Positions 48,673 through 58,885 of a stretch of DNA of 64,000 nt are shown here, one piece after another. The translations under genes and the position numbers were made by a program. The DNA lies in contig CAVRRH010000007.1 in NCBI GenBank assembly GCA_963723565.1, forward strand, positions 236,643-300,642, written 5' to 3'. The DNA comes from an uncultured Gemmatimonadales bacterium (GTDB lineage Bacteria > Gemmatimonadota > Gemmatimonadetes > Gemmatimonadales > GWC2-71-9). Every line of letters begins with the position of its first letter. The stretch's first letter is position 1. The notes beneath the pieces were generated by a model. It was given only the letters and a program-made list of their open reading frames with translations. It was not told where the DNA came from and did not search any database.

Positions 48673-50183
48673 TCCGAATTGCCGCGGTAGCGCTACTGCT
48701 ATGCCTTGCCGCTTGTCTGGGCAGCGCGCCGCCGCCCATTCCACTTAACCCGGTCCGATTTCTGCTCATCAACGATGTCTATTTGGCGGACACCCTCGGG
48801 GACGGCCGGGGTGGCCTGGCTCGGGTAGCAACGGTTCGCAACCGTTTGGCCGATCATGGACCGGTCGTCTTCGTGCTTGCGGGCGATTTCCTCAGCCCGA
48901 GCATGCTGACCAAGTATTACGGTGGCCGGCAGATGGTCGAGTCGCTGAACGCGGCCAAGCTCGACTACGCCACGTTCGGCAACCATGAATTCGACCTCGA
49001 GCTCGACACGCTGGTGGCGAGAATCGAGGGGTCGAAGTTCAAATGGATCTCCAGTAACTGCACCCTGGCGAACGGGACGCCGCTGCCGAAGGTGCTGCCC
49101 TGGGATACCCTGCGCATTTCCGGTCACAAGGTGGGCCTGTTCGGCCTCACACTGCAGGGCAACTATCCCCGCACGGTTCGTTGCGCCAATCCCGATACAG
49201 CCGCGCAGCGCGCGGTAGAGATGCTGAGTGCGCAAGGCGCCGAGCTCATCGTCGGCATCACCCACCAGAGCATCCAGGCCGATCGGGAGCTGCTCGCTCG
49301 GGAGCCCCGGATCGATCTGCTCCTGGGTGGGCACGAGCATGAGGCCCAAGACTCGACCGTGTCGGGCCGACACGTGGTCAAAGCCGACGCCAACGCCGTG
49401 TCCGCCCAGTTCGTGACGTTGTGGGGAGGAAAAGGGAGCTGGCGGCAAGCGGCGGGGTTGGTGCCGATCAACGCAGCGCTGCCGCCGGATACAGCCGTGG
49501 CCCGGAGAGTGGCGGAGTGGAATGACAGCCTGCAGAAGCAGCTCGGGCCCAAGCACATCGTTGGAACAACAACGATGCCTCTCGATCCATCCACCAGCCT
49601 CTCCCGAAGGCGTGAGTCGACGGTGGGGGACCTGGTGAGTGATGCGATGCGGTCCGGCACCGGGGCGGATATTGCCCTGCTCAACTCCGGCACATTGCGG
49701 CTGGACCACGTGATCCAGCCTGGGCCAATCTCCAACCACCAGCTGGAGGCAATCTTTCCCTTCGCCGATCAGACCAGGGTAGTCACCTTCCCGCTGACGG
49801 GAGCCGGACTGCGCCGAATACTCGAGCACGGCGTGTCGAGCGGGGTCCTTGGTACCGGAGGGTTCCTCCAGGTTTCGGGTCTGTCATTCACATTCGACCC
49901 GTCAAAGCCCTCGGGTCGCCGGCTGGTTGGGGATATTCGGCGTGCTTCCGGAAGCGCGCTTGCGCCCGGAGACTCGGTCCGAGTGGCTTTTGGAGTGTAT
50001 TCGGCGTGTGAAGGGGGTGACGGCTATTCGGTTCCGGAGGCCCAATCGGCCTGCGCCAGCCGACAGTCGGCCCCCAGAGCGGTCGATCTATTGATCCAAT
50101 ACATCGCGGATTCGCTGAAAGGCCGGATTGAGGCGCCGAAGAACTCGCGGGTGATGCAGGCCGGAAACGCAAATCCCGGCTGA
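48669..50183 (+). CDS. 5'-nucleotidase / metallophosphoesterase lipoprotein (UshA-like)
   Basis: GTG 48669 overlaps the upstream stop (GTGA). Lipobox LLCLAAC. Calcineurin-like blocks (LLINDVY, AGDFLSPS, GNHEFD, GGHEHE) and a C-terminal 5'-nucleotidase domain. Confidence 0.8.
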   Translation: MIRIAAVALLLCLAACLGSAPPPIPLNPVRFLLINDVYLADTLGDGRGGLARVATVRNRLADHGPVVFVLAGDFLSPSMLTKYYGGRQMVESLNAAKLDYATFGNHEFDLELDTLVARIEGSKFKWISSNCTLANGTPLPKVLPWDTLRISGHKVGLFGLTLQGNYPRTVRCANPDTAAQRAVEMLSAQGAELIVGITHQSIQADRELLAREPRIDLLLGGHEHEAQDSTVSGRHVVKADANAVSAQFVTLWGGKGSWRQAAGLVPINAALPPDTAVARRVAEWNDSLQKQLGPKHIVGTTTMPLDPSTSLSRRRESTVGDLVSDAMRSGTGADIALLNSGTLRLDHVIQPGPISNHQLEAIFPFADQTRVVTFPLTGAGLRRILEHGVSSGVLGTGGFLQVSGLSFTFDPSKPSGRRLVGDIRRASGSALAPGDSVRVAFGVYSACEGGDGYSVPEAQSACASRQSAPRAVDLLIQYIADSLKGRIEAPKNSRVMQAGNANPG

Positions 50184-50364
50184 GCTGGTTGCTCGCCGGG
50201 ACCGAGTAGCCTTAGCAGTTTTAGTCACCCAGGCTGCAAAGCCGAAATCCCTGGGGCCCCGAAGGGCTATGTCCATGTGCAACTGGCGTGAATATACCTA
50301 ATCAGGTGGATCAGCACAACCTCTCGCCGCTCCCCTCGGCCACCCCGTTCTTGTATTATAGGAC

Positions 50365-51699
50365 ATGGGTTTAACCCCTGCCCCATCCTTAGCCACACTA
50401 CCTAGTGCCTTTGCAGCCGCTTGCCGGCTCTCCCGTACCGACGGAGAGTTGTTCGAGCGCTGCCGGGTTGCTCTGGTCCGCCGCTTTCAGAGTGAGCGGA
50501 TCTGGTTCAGCCTGGTTTCTTCGGCGGAGTCGATCCCCCGGGTAGGCCCGGCAGAGGGATTCGAGACCGCGGTCGAGGTGGCCCGGCTGGCAAGCGGGGA
50601 GACCGAGGTGGTCATCCACGTCGATCCCCTGGTGGCAACGGAGATGCGCGCCGTTGCGATGTCTCTGGCCCTGGGCCTCAGTGTCGTCGTCGAGCTCCGC
50701 AGCATCCTCCTCGAGCGCCAGGCTGCTCTGGACGATGCGGTGTTCCAACTCAGAGCCCTGCGCCAGGTCGCCCGACTCCTCTCTTCGGTTCACTCCACCG
50801 AGGAGACCGAGCAGCTGATTCTCGATTTCATGGCGGAGGTCTTCTTCGCCTGGTGGGCCTGCCTGTACCGCCCCGAAGGTGACGTCTATGCTCCTAGCGT
50901 CTTCCGTTCGCTGAACGACCGGCTGCGACCGGCGCCGATCGAGCGCTCAGCACTGGATCAGGCGCTTCCGCCGGGAAGCGCCGCCACTGGGGCGGACGAT
51001 GTGGGTTTGGCGGAGCTGGTGGGCCCCGGGGCCGAGCTGGTGGTGCCGCTGGACGCCGGCGCTGAACGGATGGCGGTACTGGTGCTCGGCTCGCGGATCA
51101 GCGACAAGCTCTACGGGCGAGCGGAGTCCGAGCTGGCCGGCACGCTCTCCTTTGCCGCGGCCATCGCCCTCAAGAACTCCGAGCTGGTGGAGCAGCTTCA
51201 CAGCGCGGCGACGACGGATGAGCTCACCGGGCTCTGCAACCGTCGCGCGCTGGAGGAGCGTCTCGCCGCCGAGATCTCCCGTAGCCTGCGCCATCAGCTG
51301 CACACCAGCGTTCTCCTGCTCGACCTCGACCGCTTCAAGGTGGTCAACGACACCATGGGCCACGCCGCTGGAGATCGGCTGCTGGTTCAAGTCGGCCAGG
51401 TCCTGCGGAAGCAGTGCCGCGCCCTGGATGTGGTGGGTCGTCTCGGAGGGGACGAGTTTCTGGTAATCCTTCCGATGACCAAGCCGGCCGAAGCCAGGGT
51501 TTTCGTGGCTCGGGTCCAGGCTAGCCTTCGGGAGATAGAGAAGACGCACCCGGAATTCGGGGCCTGCACCTTGAGTATGGGAATCGCCGAGTCGCCGCAC
51601 CACGGGACGACGGTCAGCAGCGTTTTGGCCGCGGCGGACAACGCGCTGTACCGTGCCAAGCGTGGCGGCAGGAACACGGTCGAGGTTGCGGAGAGCTAG
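50365..51699 (+). CDS. diguanylate cyclase (GAF-like N-terminal region plus GGDEF domain)
   Basis: DELTGLCNRRAL, DLDRFKVVND and an active-site GGDEF with an RALD I-site motif five residues upstream. Confidence 0.88.
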   Translation: MGLTPAPSLATLPSAFAAACRLSRTDGELFERCRVALVRRFQSERIWFSLVSSAESIPRVGPAEGFETAVEVARLASGETEVVIHVDPLVATEMRAVAMSLALGLSVVVELRSILLERQAALDDAVFQLRALRQVARLLSSVHSTEETEQLILDFMAEVFFAWWACLYRPEGDVYAPSVFRSLNDRLRPAPIERSALDQALPPGSAATGADDVGLAELVGPGAELVVPLDAGAERMAVLVLGSRISDKLYGRAESELAGTLSFAAAIALKNSELVEQLHSAATTDELTGLCNRRALEERLAAEISRSLRHQLHTSVLLLDLDRFKVVNDTMGHAAGDRLLVQVGQVLRKQCRALDVVGRLGGDEFLVILPMTKPAEARVFVARVQASLREIEKTHPEFGACTLSMGIAESPHHGTTVSSVLAAADNALYRAKRGGRNTVEVAES

Positions 51700-51705
51700 C
51701 CATTC

Positions 51706-52254
51706 ATGTCTGAGTCTGAATTCACTCTGCTGGGCGACGCGGTCTGGCTGGACTTCGTCAATACAGCCCGGGGTCGGGTCCCCTCACCGCCGGATCTTCT
51801 CCCGAACGCCGTGGCCGTTGGCCGCTGGGCCCAAGCCCAGAGTCTGGACTGGGTAGACGGCAACGGCATTTCGCTGGATGAGATTCTGAGGTTCCGGGGG
51901 TGCCTGACCGCTCTTGCCGAGGCGCTGCATTCGGATTTACAGCCTCCCGCGGGCTCAATAACCGCGATAAACGAGCAGCTCTACCGCAACGGCGGATCTC
52001 ACCAGCTGACCCGCGTGAGCGGTGAGTGGCAGCTTCGATTCGCCCCTGCCCGGCCGCCCACCCTGCTGGAGGCCATTGCCCAGTCCGCAGCAGCCGGGCT
52101 AGCGGATCCGCTGCTGTTCGTCAGGCGTTGCGCCGGCGAGAGCTGCTCCCTCTTTTTCACCGACAACTCCCCCAATCAGGACCGGCACTGGTGCAACGCG
52201 GCCGTGTGCGGCCGGCCGGTGAAGGTGGAGCGGCGGCGCGGGTTGCTGCGCTGA
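51706..52254 (+). CDS. CGNR zinc-finger (ABATE-domain) protein
   Basis: C-terminal C..C..(FTDNSPNQDRHWC)..CG motif typical of zf-CGNR; here it is CGRP rather than CGNR. Confidence 0.7.
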   Translation: MSESEFTLLGDAVWLDFVNTARGRVPSPPDLLPNAVAVGRWAQAQSLDWVDGNGISLDEILRFRGCLTALAEALHSDLQPPAGSITAINEQLYRNGGSHQLTRVSGEWQLRFAPARPPTLLEAIAQSAAAGLADPLLFVRRCAGESCSLFFTDNSPNQDRHWCNAAVCGRPVKVERRRGLLR

Positions 52255-54005
52255 CGACCCTCGAGCCCGACCGCTATTTCGAGCGCACGAGCGAGTCGCT
52301 CGGCGCCCGCTATCGGCTCGAGCGGACGGTGGCGGTATCTCCGGAGCGGGTGCTCTTCGAGGCGCAGGATGTGATTCTGAAGCGCCGAGTCAACTTGCGA
52401 GTGAACTTCTACTCCGACCAGCCGACCAGGACCTGGTTCGTACGCGAAGCTGAGGCGCTTGGTCGACTCGACCACCCGTCGATCAGGCATGTCTACGATG
52501 CCGGGGTCATCGGTGAGCTGGCCTACCGGGTTGGCAATTGGATCGACGGCGAGGGGTTGCAGGGCGCCCTCCAACGCGGCCCTCGCCCGATTCCGATGGT
52601 CCACACCTTGGCACGGGACCTCCTCAGCGCTCTGGAGCATGCCCACACCCAGGGCATCATCCTTCGCCGCGTCGTACCAGCCTCGGTCCTGCTCAGCTCG
52701 TCCGGCAGGGCCATGGTGACGGACGTGCGCTTCTGCAGCTACATGCTGCCTGCTGTCCCTCCGGGCACCATCCCGCTCGGGCTGGCCTTCATGGCGCCGG
52801 AGGTACGGGATGGCGCACCGGGAGACGCCACCAGCGACGTCTACACCGCAGGGGCCTTGCTCTACGTGGCCATTACGGGGCAGGACCCGCCACTGGATCC
52901 CCGAAAGGTCCGTCGTCCCACCGAGCTCAGGCCGGCCTGCCCTCGGACGATCGAGCGGATTGTGCTCCGCGCTATGCAGCCGGCGCAGGACGACCGATAT
53001 CTCACCGCAGTCGAGATGCTGGAGGACTTCGCCAGCGACGCGGGCACCTTCGAGACTGCGGCAGTGGCGGTCGGTCAGGGACCAGTGGCAGACGCGGAGG
53101 ACAAGGCTCGATGGGAAAAGCGGCTCCGCCGGGCCCTGGGCGACGACTACGAGCTGCTCTCGCTACTAGGCACCGGAGGGTTCGGGCGGGTGTATAGGGT
53201 GCGGGACCTGCAGCTCGAGCGTCAGGTGGCCCTCAAGGTGCTCCAGCCTCTCCTGACCCGGGATCCTGAGGTGGTTGAGCGGTTTCGCCGGGAGGCACAG
53301 CTGGCAGCCGGGCTACGGCACCCGAACATCGTCAACATCTACGACATCGGAGGACGGTCGGGACTGATCTGGTACACGATGGAGCTGATCGATGGGCCCA
53401 GCCTGGCCCAGCTGGTAGAGCGCGACGGCCCGCTTCCGCTGGATAAGACCCTCCGGCTCCTTCGCGAGGCGCTCTCTGCCCTGGCCCACGCCCACGGGTC
53501 GGGGCTGGTGCACCGCGACATCAAGCCCGAGAACATGCTGATAGATCGGGCGGGCAGCGTGCAGATCACCGACTTCGGCCTGGCGCTGGCACTCCGGGGG
53601 AAGTTCGGCGGAGCCACCAGCCAGAGCGGGACCCCCCAATTTGCCAGTCCCGAACAGCTCCTCGGCGAACGGGTGGACCAGCGCTCGGACCTCTACAGCC
53701 TGGCCGCGGTAGCCTACTTTGCCCTCCTCGGGACGCCACCATTTCCCGGCCTCACGGTGGAGCAGGTGCTCGCCAAACAGACCACCAACCAGTTCCCCAC
53801 TTCGAGGGGACGCAGGGACGACGTGAGCGAGGCCCTGGAACAGGTGCTCGACCGGGCGCTGAGCGCAGACGTATCGGAACGGTACCCCTCTGCGGCCGAG
53901 TTCCTCCAGGCGCTGAACCACGCGGTCGGTGCTCCGGCCAAGGAACCAGTGGCCGATTGGGCCCGCGCCGCGGCGCGCTGGTTCCGCGGCTCCCCCCTTG
54001 ACTAA
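52206..54005 (+). CDS. tandem pseudokinase / Ser-Thr protein kinase
   Basis: The second domain is canonical ([39 protein letters not shown]). The first domain has the kinase fold but lacks the G-loop, HRD (LRRVVPASV) and DFG (TDVRF). The start is uncertain: GTG 52206 or CTG 52251 overlapping the upstream stop. Confidence 0.8.
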   Translation: MRPAGEGGAAARVAALTTLEPDRYFERTSESLGARYRLERTVAVSPERVLFEAQDVILKRRVNLRVNFYSDQPTRTWFVREAEALGRLDHPSIRHVYDAGVIGELAYRVGNWIDGEGLQGALQRGPRPIPMVHTLARDLLSALEHAHTQGIILRRVVPASVLLSSSGRAMVTDVRFCSYMLPAVPPGTIPLGLAFMAPEVRDGAPGDATSDVYTAGALLYVAITGQDPPLDPRKVRRPTELRPACPRTIERIVLRAMQPAQDDRYLTAVEMLEDFASDAGTFETAAVAVGQGPVADAEDKARWEKRLRRALGDDYELLSLLGTGGFGRVYRVRDLQLERQVALKVLQPLLTRDPEVVERFRREAQLAAGLRHPNIVNIYDIGGRSGLIWYTMELIDGPSLAQLVERDGPLPLDKTLRLLREALSALAHAHGSGLVHRDIKPENMLIDRAGSVQITDFGLALALRGKFGGATSQSGTPQFASPEQLLGERVDQRSDLYSLAAVAYFALLGTPPFPGLTVEQVLAKQTTNQFPTSRGRRDDVSEALEQVLDRALSADVSERYPSAAEFLQALNHAVGAPAKEPVADWARAAARWFRGSPLD

Positions 54006-54208
54006 ACGCGGGCGCCATACAGATTTGTCCCCGCGATAGGGCCCCCAAGTTGAAGTCTGATCGACCGCATCAGTGGCAATCAGAGACCCGGGTGGATCGC
54101 CCAGCGGGTCTTTTCATTTTTTATGACGCGGGACAGGCCTGCGCTCATAAAAACTCGGCCTCCGGACCTTCCGGAGCCGACGGAGTCAAACAAACAGGAG
54201 TAGGCGCA

Positions 54209-54421
54209 ATGGCTCGCACCATCGGCACGGTGAAATGGTTCAACGACGCGAAGGGTTTCGGTTTCATCACCCCGGAAAACGGGGACAAGGACTGTTTTGT
54301 CCACCACACCGCCATCAAGGCAGAGGGCTTTCGCAGCCTCGCCGAGGGCGACCGGGTTGAGTTCGACATCGTGCAGGGTGCAAAAGGCCCCGCCGCCGAG
54401 AACGTCACCAAGGTCAAGTAG
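54209..54421 (+). CDS. cspA: cold-shock protein (CspA family)
   Basis: [36 protein letters not shown] with RNP1/RNP2 motifs. CAGGAG lies 8 nt upstream. Confidence 0.93.
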   Translation: MARTIGTVKWFNDAKGFGFITPENGDKDCFVHHTAIKAEGFRSLAEGDRVEFDIVQGAKGPAAENVTKVK

Positions 54422-54460
54422 GCTCGCAACACGTTGCGGGCCTACGGTCTAGAAACAAGA

Positions 54461-54490
54461 GGGCCGCTCAGCAGAGCGGCCCTTTTGTTA
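54461..54490 (+). terminator. intrinsic terminator after cspA
   Basis: GGGCCGCTC (54461-54469), loop AGCA, GAGCGGCCC (54474-54482), then TTTTGTTA. Confidence 0.75.
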
Positions 54491-54557
54491 TGGAGAGAAC
54501 CTTCGTTATTGAGAGATCCCTCGCTGCGCTCGGGATGGCCTCACGCTTCGCGTGAGG

Positions 54558-54776
54558 TCACTTGTGCCTATAGATAACCCGCCCCCTGGTAAGATCATAC
54601 GGGGACAGCACCACGCTCACGCGGTCGCCTTCCAGGACCCGGATCTTGAACTTGCTCATCTTTCCAGCCGCGTAGGCCAGAATCTCGTGACCGTTCTCCA
54701 GCATCACCCTGTAGTTGCGATCGGGTAGCACTTCGGTCACCACCCCTTCCATCTCAATGCCCTCTTCTTTGGCCAT
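54558..54776 (-). CDS. infA: translation initiation factor IF-1
   Basis: [53 protein letters not shown].. (S1-like fold). Start taken at ATG 54776. Confidence 0.93.
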   Translation of the reverse strand: MAKEEGIEMEGVVTEVLPDRNYRVMLENGHEILAYAAGKMSKFKIRVLEGDRVSVVLSPYDLTRGRVIYRHK

Positions 54777-54868
54777 CCAGTCTCTCCACAAGGGGGGGCC
54801 AGAGGTTCGGCGGAGCCTCCGGGATGCAACAGGCGGTGGAATCTTGCGGCTCCCGCGCCTGGAAGCAA

Positions 54869-56662
54869 CTACGAACGGTTAGGGACGCGACCCCTTTCGG
54901 GAGATTGGAGGCCGTCCCCTGAGGGGAGCTTGGCCCGGACCCGGCCGATCTCACTTTCGACCAGCTGAACCAGCTCTCCGATCACATCGGCATCGAAGGT
55001 CAACCGCGCTCCGGCGGCGCGGTAAATCTCGGGCAGGGTGCGCACGGCGCCGAGCGCGAGAGCGTCGCGGTAGCGGGCAACGGCTCGCTTGGGGTCATCC
55101 AGGCTGTTGCGCCAGATCTGGAGCGCACCGATCTGCGCGATGCCATACTCGATGTAATAGAAGGGGTACAGGAAGATGTGCAGCTGACGATACCACCGGG
55201 CTACCCTCTCCTGTTCCAAGCCGCTCCAATCTACTCCGCGCTCGAACCGGCTCCGCAGCCGAAGCCATTCGGCGTCACGCGCGTCGGCATCGCTACCCTG
55301 CCCACTGGTGTAGATCCAGGTCTGGAACGCGTCCACCGACGCGATGTGCACTAGACTGAGCAACACGTCTTCCAGATGCTCCAGCCAGGCACTATCAGCG
55401 TCCTCGGAGGCGAAATAACCTACCGGCTGGGTGAGATGAGGCGCGGCGAGCAGCTCCATGGACATCGACGCCAGCTCGGCCGCCTCCGAGCCGGGATGGC
55501 GCTGCCAGATCAAGGGTTGCTCATGGGAGGCGAAGGCGTGGAACGCATGTCCGCCCTCGTGCAGCAGGGTCATGACGTCGTCCACCAGGCCGACGGCGTT
55601 CATGAAGATGAAAGGCCGACCCTGGAAGTGCAGCGTCTCGCAGTATCCGCCCGGCGCCTTGCCCTTCCTGCTTTCGAGATCGAGCAGGCCCTCGTCGATC
55701 ATGGTCTGGAATTCCCGGCCGAGCGAGGGGTCCACCCTTTCAAAGACCCGCTGGGCCGTTCCGACGAATTCGGTGGCATTTGCGAACGGCCGCAACGTCT
55801 TGGGTCGGTAGGGATCGACCGCGAGGTCCCACGGGCGCAGCACCTCCAGTCCCAGCCGTCGGCGGCGGGACTCGAGCACCCGCTCGACGGCGGGAGCTAC
55901 CGTCCGCTCGACCGCCTCGTGGAAGCGCTCGCAATCCGCGGGGGTGTAATCGAAGCGGAACTTTGCCGGAAAGATGTAGTCCCGGAAATTGGCAAAGCCG
56001 GCGTTCCGCGCCGCCCGCATCCTGAGCTGGTACATCTTGTCGAAGAGAGCGCTCAACTCATGGCGACGATCCAAATAGGGGCGGGTCGAGGCGCGGAACG
56101 CCCGCTCCCGGACCGCCCGGTCCGAGCTTTTGAGGAAGGGCTGGAGCTGAGGAAGCGGCCGCTCCACGCCGTCCCACTCCACGGTGATCGAACCGATGAT
56201 CCGCTGGTAGCGCGCGCTGTGCTCCTCCAGCTCCGCGAAAATCGGAACGTTCTCGTCCCGGAAGATCTCGATCTGGGTGCGGAACCGGGCCAGGGTGGTG
56301 CTGAGGTTCGGGGTAGAGTAGCCCGACTCCACCAGGCGGCGGGCGAGCTCCACGCTCCGCTCCTCCATCTTAGGCAGCACCTCGGTGGAGAACCGCAGAT
56401 GATCGGCTTCCTTGTCAGGGTCTGCGGTGTCGATGGTGTAGGCGATCATGGCCCGAGCGGCAGCCTCGGTGACCAGCTCTTCCAGCGTTGACCATGCCAG
56501 GAGCCACGCTTCGATACTCGATGGCTCGAGCGCGCGAGCGGCCAGCTCATCGAAGTAGGGGGCAACGTCGTCCCAGGTCGCCTTGGCAAATGCGGAGGGA
56601 GATGCGGGCAAAACGGATACTGTCACGATCACTCCTGTTGGTGAATCACCTATCGGACCCAA
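54869..56662 (-). CDS. pepF: M3B-family oligoendopeptidase (PepF-like)
   Basis: 597-aa ORF with HEGGHAFH zinc motif and a PepF-like helical architecture. Confidence 0.82.
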   Translation of the reverse strand: MGPIGDSPTGVIVTVSVLPASPSAFAKATWDDVAPYFDELAARALEPSSIEAWLLAWSTLEELVTEAAARAMIAYTIDTADPDKEADHLRFSTEVLPKMEERSVELARRLVESGYSTPNLSTTLARFRTQIEIFRDENVPIFAELEEHSARYQRIIGSITVEWDGVERPLPQLQPFLKSSDRAVRERAFRASTRPYLDRRHELSALFDKMYQLRMRAARNAGFANFRDYIFPAKFRFDYTPADCERFHEAVERTVAPAVERVLESRRRRLGLEVLRPWDLAVDPYRPKTLRPFANATEFVGTAQRVFERVDPSLGREFQTMIDEGLLDLESRKGKAPGGYCETLHFQGRPFIFMNAVGLVDDVMTLLHEGGHAFHAFASHEQPLIWQRHPGSEAAELASMSMELLAAPHLTQPVGYFASEDADSAWLEHLEDVLLSLVHIASVDAFQTWIYTSGQGSDADARDAEWLRLRSRFERGVDWSGLEQERVARWYRQLHIFLYPFYYIEYGIAQIGALQIWRNSLDDPKRAVARYRDALALGAVRTLPEIYRAAGARLTFDADVIGELVQLVESEIGRVRAKLPSGDGLQSPERGRVPNRS

Positions 56663-56683
56663 ACAAGATACTCAAAGCCCTGA

Positions 56684-56913
56684 CCACGGATGAACACGGA
56701 AAAGCACGGATCACTCCGCTGTGTCGAGACCTTCCTTATCCTCACCAATCCAAGGCAATCTGTTTGACACCACACCCACGGGGTTCATGTGAGGACAAGG
56801 AGAATGTCGAATTCGCCAGGTGTGCCGTTGCACAAGTATGAACTGCACCCGGTGACGCGAACGGAGCGCCTCGATTCCCGGAACAATCCGTGCTTTTCCG
56901 TGTTCATCCGTGG
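56684..56913. repeat. 230-bp MITE-like element with perfect 28-bp terminal inverted repeats
   Basis: CCACGGATGAACACGGAAAAGCACGGAT (56684-56711) is the exact reverse complement of ATCCGTGCTTTTCCGTGTTCATCCGTGG (56886-56913). Each TIR is itself three CACGGA units at 10-nt spacing. No obvious target-site duplication. Confidence 0.7.
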
Positions 56914-56965
56914 CAAGTTTTTCCAGGTTCCGAGGCTCGCGATCCCGAGCGGCGGGAGAGCCCGT

Positions 56966-58885
56966 TCACGAGCTAGTCTCGCTCCGTCCCTGCCGGTGAT
57001 ACAGATACGCCAACAGCAGGAAGACCAGCCCCAGAATGAAAACAGAGCCCACCCGGTAGAGCGCATCGAGGGAAGAAAGGTCGAACATGAGGACCTTGAC
57101 CACAGCGAGCCCCGCGACGGCCAGGCCGGCGATCCGCGCCGGCTTCAGGGATCGGCGGAAGCCGACCCCAACCAGGGCAGCCGCGAATATCAGCCACCAG
57201 GCGCTGACGGCCAATCCCGCGGCGAGGCTCGCCTCCTGCGAGGACAGCGTCTTCAGTTCGAAGTAGCGCCCAATCTCCCCGGTGACGCCGAACAGCACCA
57301 TGGCGCCTCCCAGGGCCCAGAGGGCGCCTCGAACCAGGGGGGCGGTGCCCGTGCCGGCTACCGACCTCCAGAGCCCTGCGGCGAGCACCACCATTACAGC
57401 CGCCGTTCCCCACAAGGCCAGTGGCCACGACCCCACGAACGCCACATCGGCGGCTGAACGCTGTAGTAACGCGGCGGTAAGCAGCTGGTCCAACGACGCC
57501 CAGAGCGTCGCCAAGGCGTACCAGCGGCCGTCGTCACGCTTCAGCACATGGTCGAGCGCCGCCCAGAGCAGTGTGAGGGCGAGCAATGCCCATACCCTTT
57601 CCACCCCATCCCAGTGCTGCCACGCCGCCATGCCGAGCGCAGCTGCGCCTACCAATGCGAACACCGACCTCGGCCGGTAATAGCCGGCAAACAGGTAAGG
57701 AATCGCGATGATGAGGGCCGGCAGTCCGGGCCTCTGGTCGAACCAGACCGGTGCGAGATGGTGAACAGCCCATCCCAGGAGGACCGGGGTGAGGAAAAAG
57801 TAGAACGCTTCGCCTATCGACCAGCCGGGAACCCCGGCTGCAGGTGACAGGTGCAGCGGCAGGATCTGGGTTGCACGCATCGCATACCACCAGACCGGAG
57901 CGGCCAGCAGGAGCCCCCCGACAAGGATGGCCCACGGATGAGTGAGGTGGTCGCTCGCCGCGGCAAGGAACGCCCAGCCTCCTCCGAAGGACAGGAACCT
58001 GGTCTCCCACCAACGTTCCCGCAGGCCGACATGGATCCCAATCGTCCCACCGACGACCCCGTAGAGCAGAAGGCCCCACGGGGGGCCGCGCTCGGCGGCA
58101 CCAGTATACGCGACACCGAAGTAGCTCAGCGCTACGACGAACATGGTGAGCCGCCAGCGTCTTCGTGCGGCCACCAGGCCCATCCCGGCAGCCATCGAAG
58201 CGAGATAGAGCAGGAGCAATCCGGCGTTGGCCTGATCGCGACCCAGGAGGAGCGGCGCGAAGAACGCGCCCAGGGCGGCGGTGGTTCCCAGGGCTTCGAC
58301 GTTGATGGCGTACGCGATCATCGCCAGCGCAACGGAGACCAGTGCGAGCCCGACAAGGCCGGTTGTCGGAGGCAGCACCCCGTACAACCGTGCGGCGGCC
58401 CAGACACTGAGGTAGATGATCGCGGCCCCACAGCCGACCAGAGCGGCGCCGTACGTCCGGTAGCGTGGCTGGAGCCGCCAGCCCACGGCTCCCACCGCGA
58501 TCCCGCTCAAGGCACCTCCGATGCACCGCATGATGGGTGAGATCCAGTCGCGATCGAACGAGAGACGGAGCAGATAGCCCGCCGCCAGAATCAGCGCGAC
58601 CACCCCCACGGCCAGAAGCACTCGCTGGCCGATCCACTGCTCGGAAGACAGTGCGGAAGCGGGGAGGCGGGGAAGCGGGGAGGCTCGTGTGGGAGAAGGG
58701 GTAGAGTTGGCCTTGGTAGTCTGGGTTTCTGTCACCGCAGGCCGCTTCCCCGCTTCCCCACCTATCCGCGTACCCGCCTCCTTCCCCGCTTCCCCGCCTC
58801 CCTGCTTCCCCGCGAGCGCCCCCAGCAGCGCCTCAAGCCGGGCCACCCGCGCCTCCAGGCGCTCGATTCGGTCTCCCTCGTTCAT
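56966..58885 (-). CDS. DUF2339-like polytopic membrane protein
   Basis: N-terminal coiled segment (DRIERLEARVARLEALL), a low-complexity linker, then about 18 hydrophobic helices. Confidence 0.6.
   Translation of the reverse strand: MNEGDRIERLEARVARLEALLGALAGKQGGGEAGKEAGTRIGGEAGKRPAVTETQTTKANSTPSPTRASPLPRLPASALSSEQWIGQRVLLAVGVVALILAAGYLLRLSFDRDWISPIMRCIGGALSGIAVGAVGWRLQPRYRTYGAALVGCGAAIIYLSVWAAARLYGVLPPTTGLVGLALVSVALAMIAYAINVEALGTTAALGAFFAPLLLGRDQANAGLLLLYLASMAAGMGLVAARRRWRLTMFVVALSYFGVAYTGAAERGPPWGLLLYGVVGGTIGIHVGLRERWWETRFLSFGGGWAFLAAASDHLTHPWAILVGGLLLAAPVWWYAMRATQILPLHLSPAAGVPGWSIGEAFYFFLTPVLLGWAVHHLAPVWFDQRPGLPALIIAIPYLFAGYYRPRSVFALVGAAALGMAAWQHWDGVERVWALLALTLLWAALDHVLKRDDGRWYALATLWASLDQLLTAALLQRSAADVAFVGSWPLALWGTAAVMVVLAAGLWRSVAGTGTAPLVRGALWALGGAMVLFGVTGEIGRYFELKTLSSQEASLAAGLAVSAWWLIFAAALVGVGFRRSLKPARIAGLAVAGLAVVKVLMFDLSSLDALYRVGSVFILGLVFLLLAYLYHRQGRSETSS
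58653..58813. repeat. GGGGAAGC/GGGGAGGC-armed palindrome translated in frame inside the DUF2339-like gene
   Basis: Left arm GCGGAAGCGGGGAGGCGGGGAAGCGGGGAGG (58653-58683). Right-arm pieces CCGCTTCCCCGCTTCCCC (58742-58759) and CCTCCTTCCCCGCTTCCCCGCCTCCCTGCTTCCCCGC (58777-58813). It encodes ..AGKQGGGEAGKEAGTRIGGEAGKRPAVTETQ..SPLPRLPAS.. Confidence 0.75.

Noticed and set aside
54085-54121. A possible terminator after the kinase gene (GACCCG..CGGGTC followed by a T-rich run).
   Set aside because: The stem is only 6 bp with a 14-nt loop. The T run could equally be part of the cspA promoter/UP region. It is not annotated as a feature.
56789-57457. 222-aa plus-strand ORF starting inside the MITE-like element, with a strong AAGGAGA-ATG at 56804.
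   Set aside because: Beyond the first ~50 codons it is antisense to the DUF2339-like gene and becomes low-complexity. At most a short peptide or antisense RNA could be real, and the sequence alone cannot support that.
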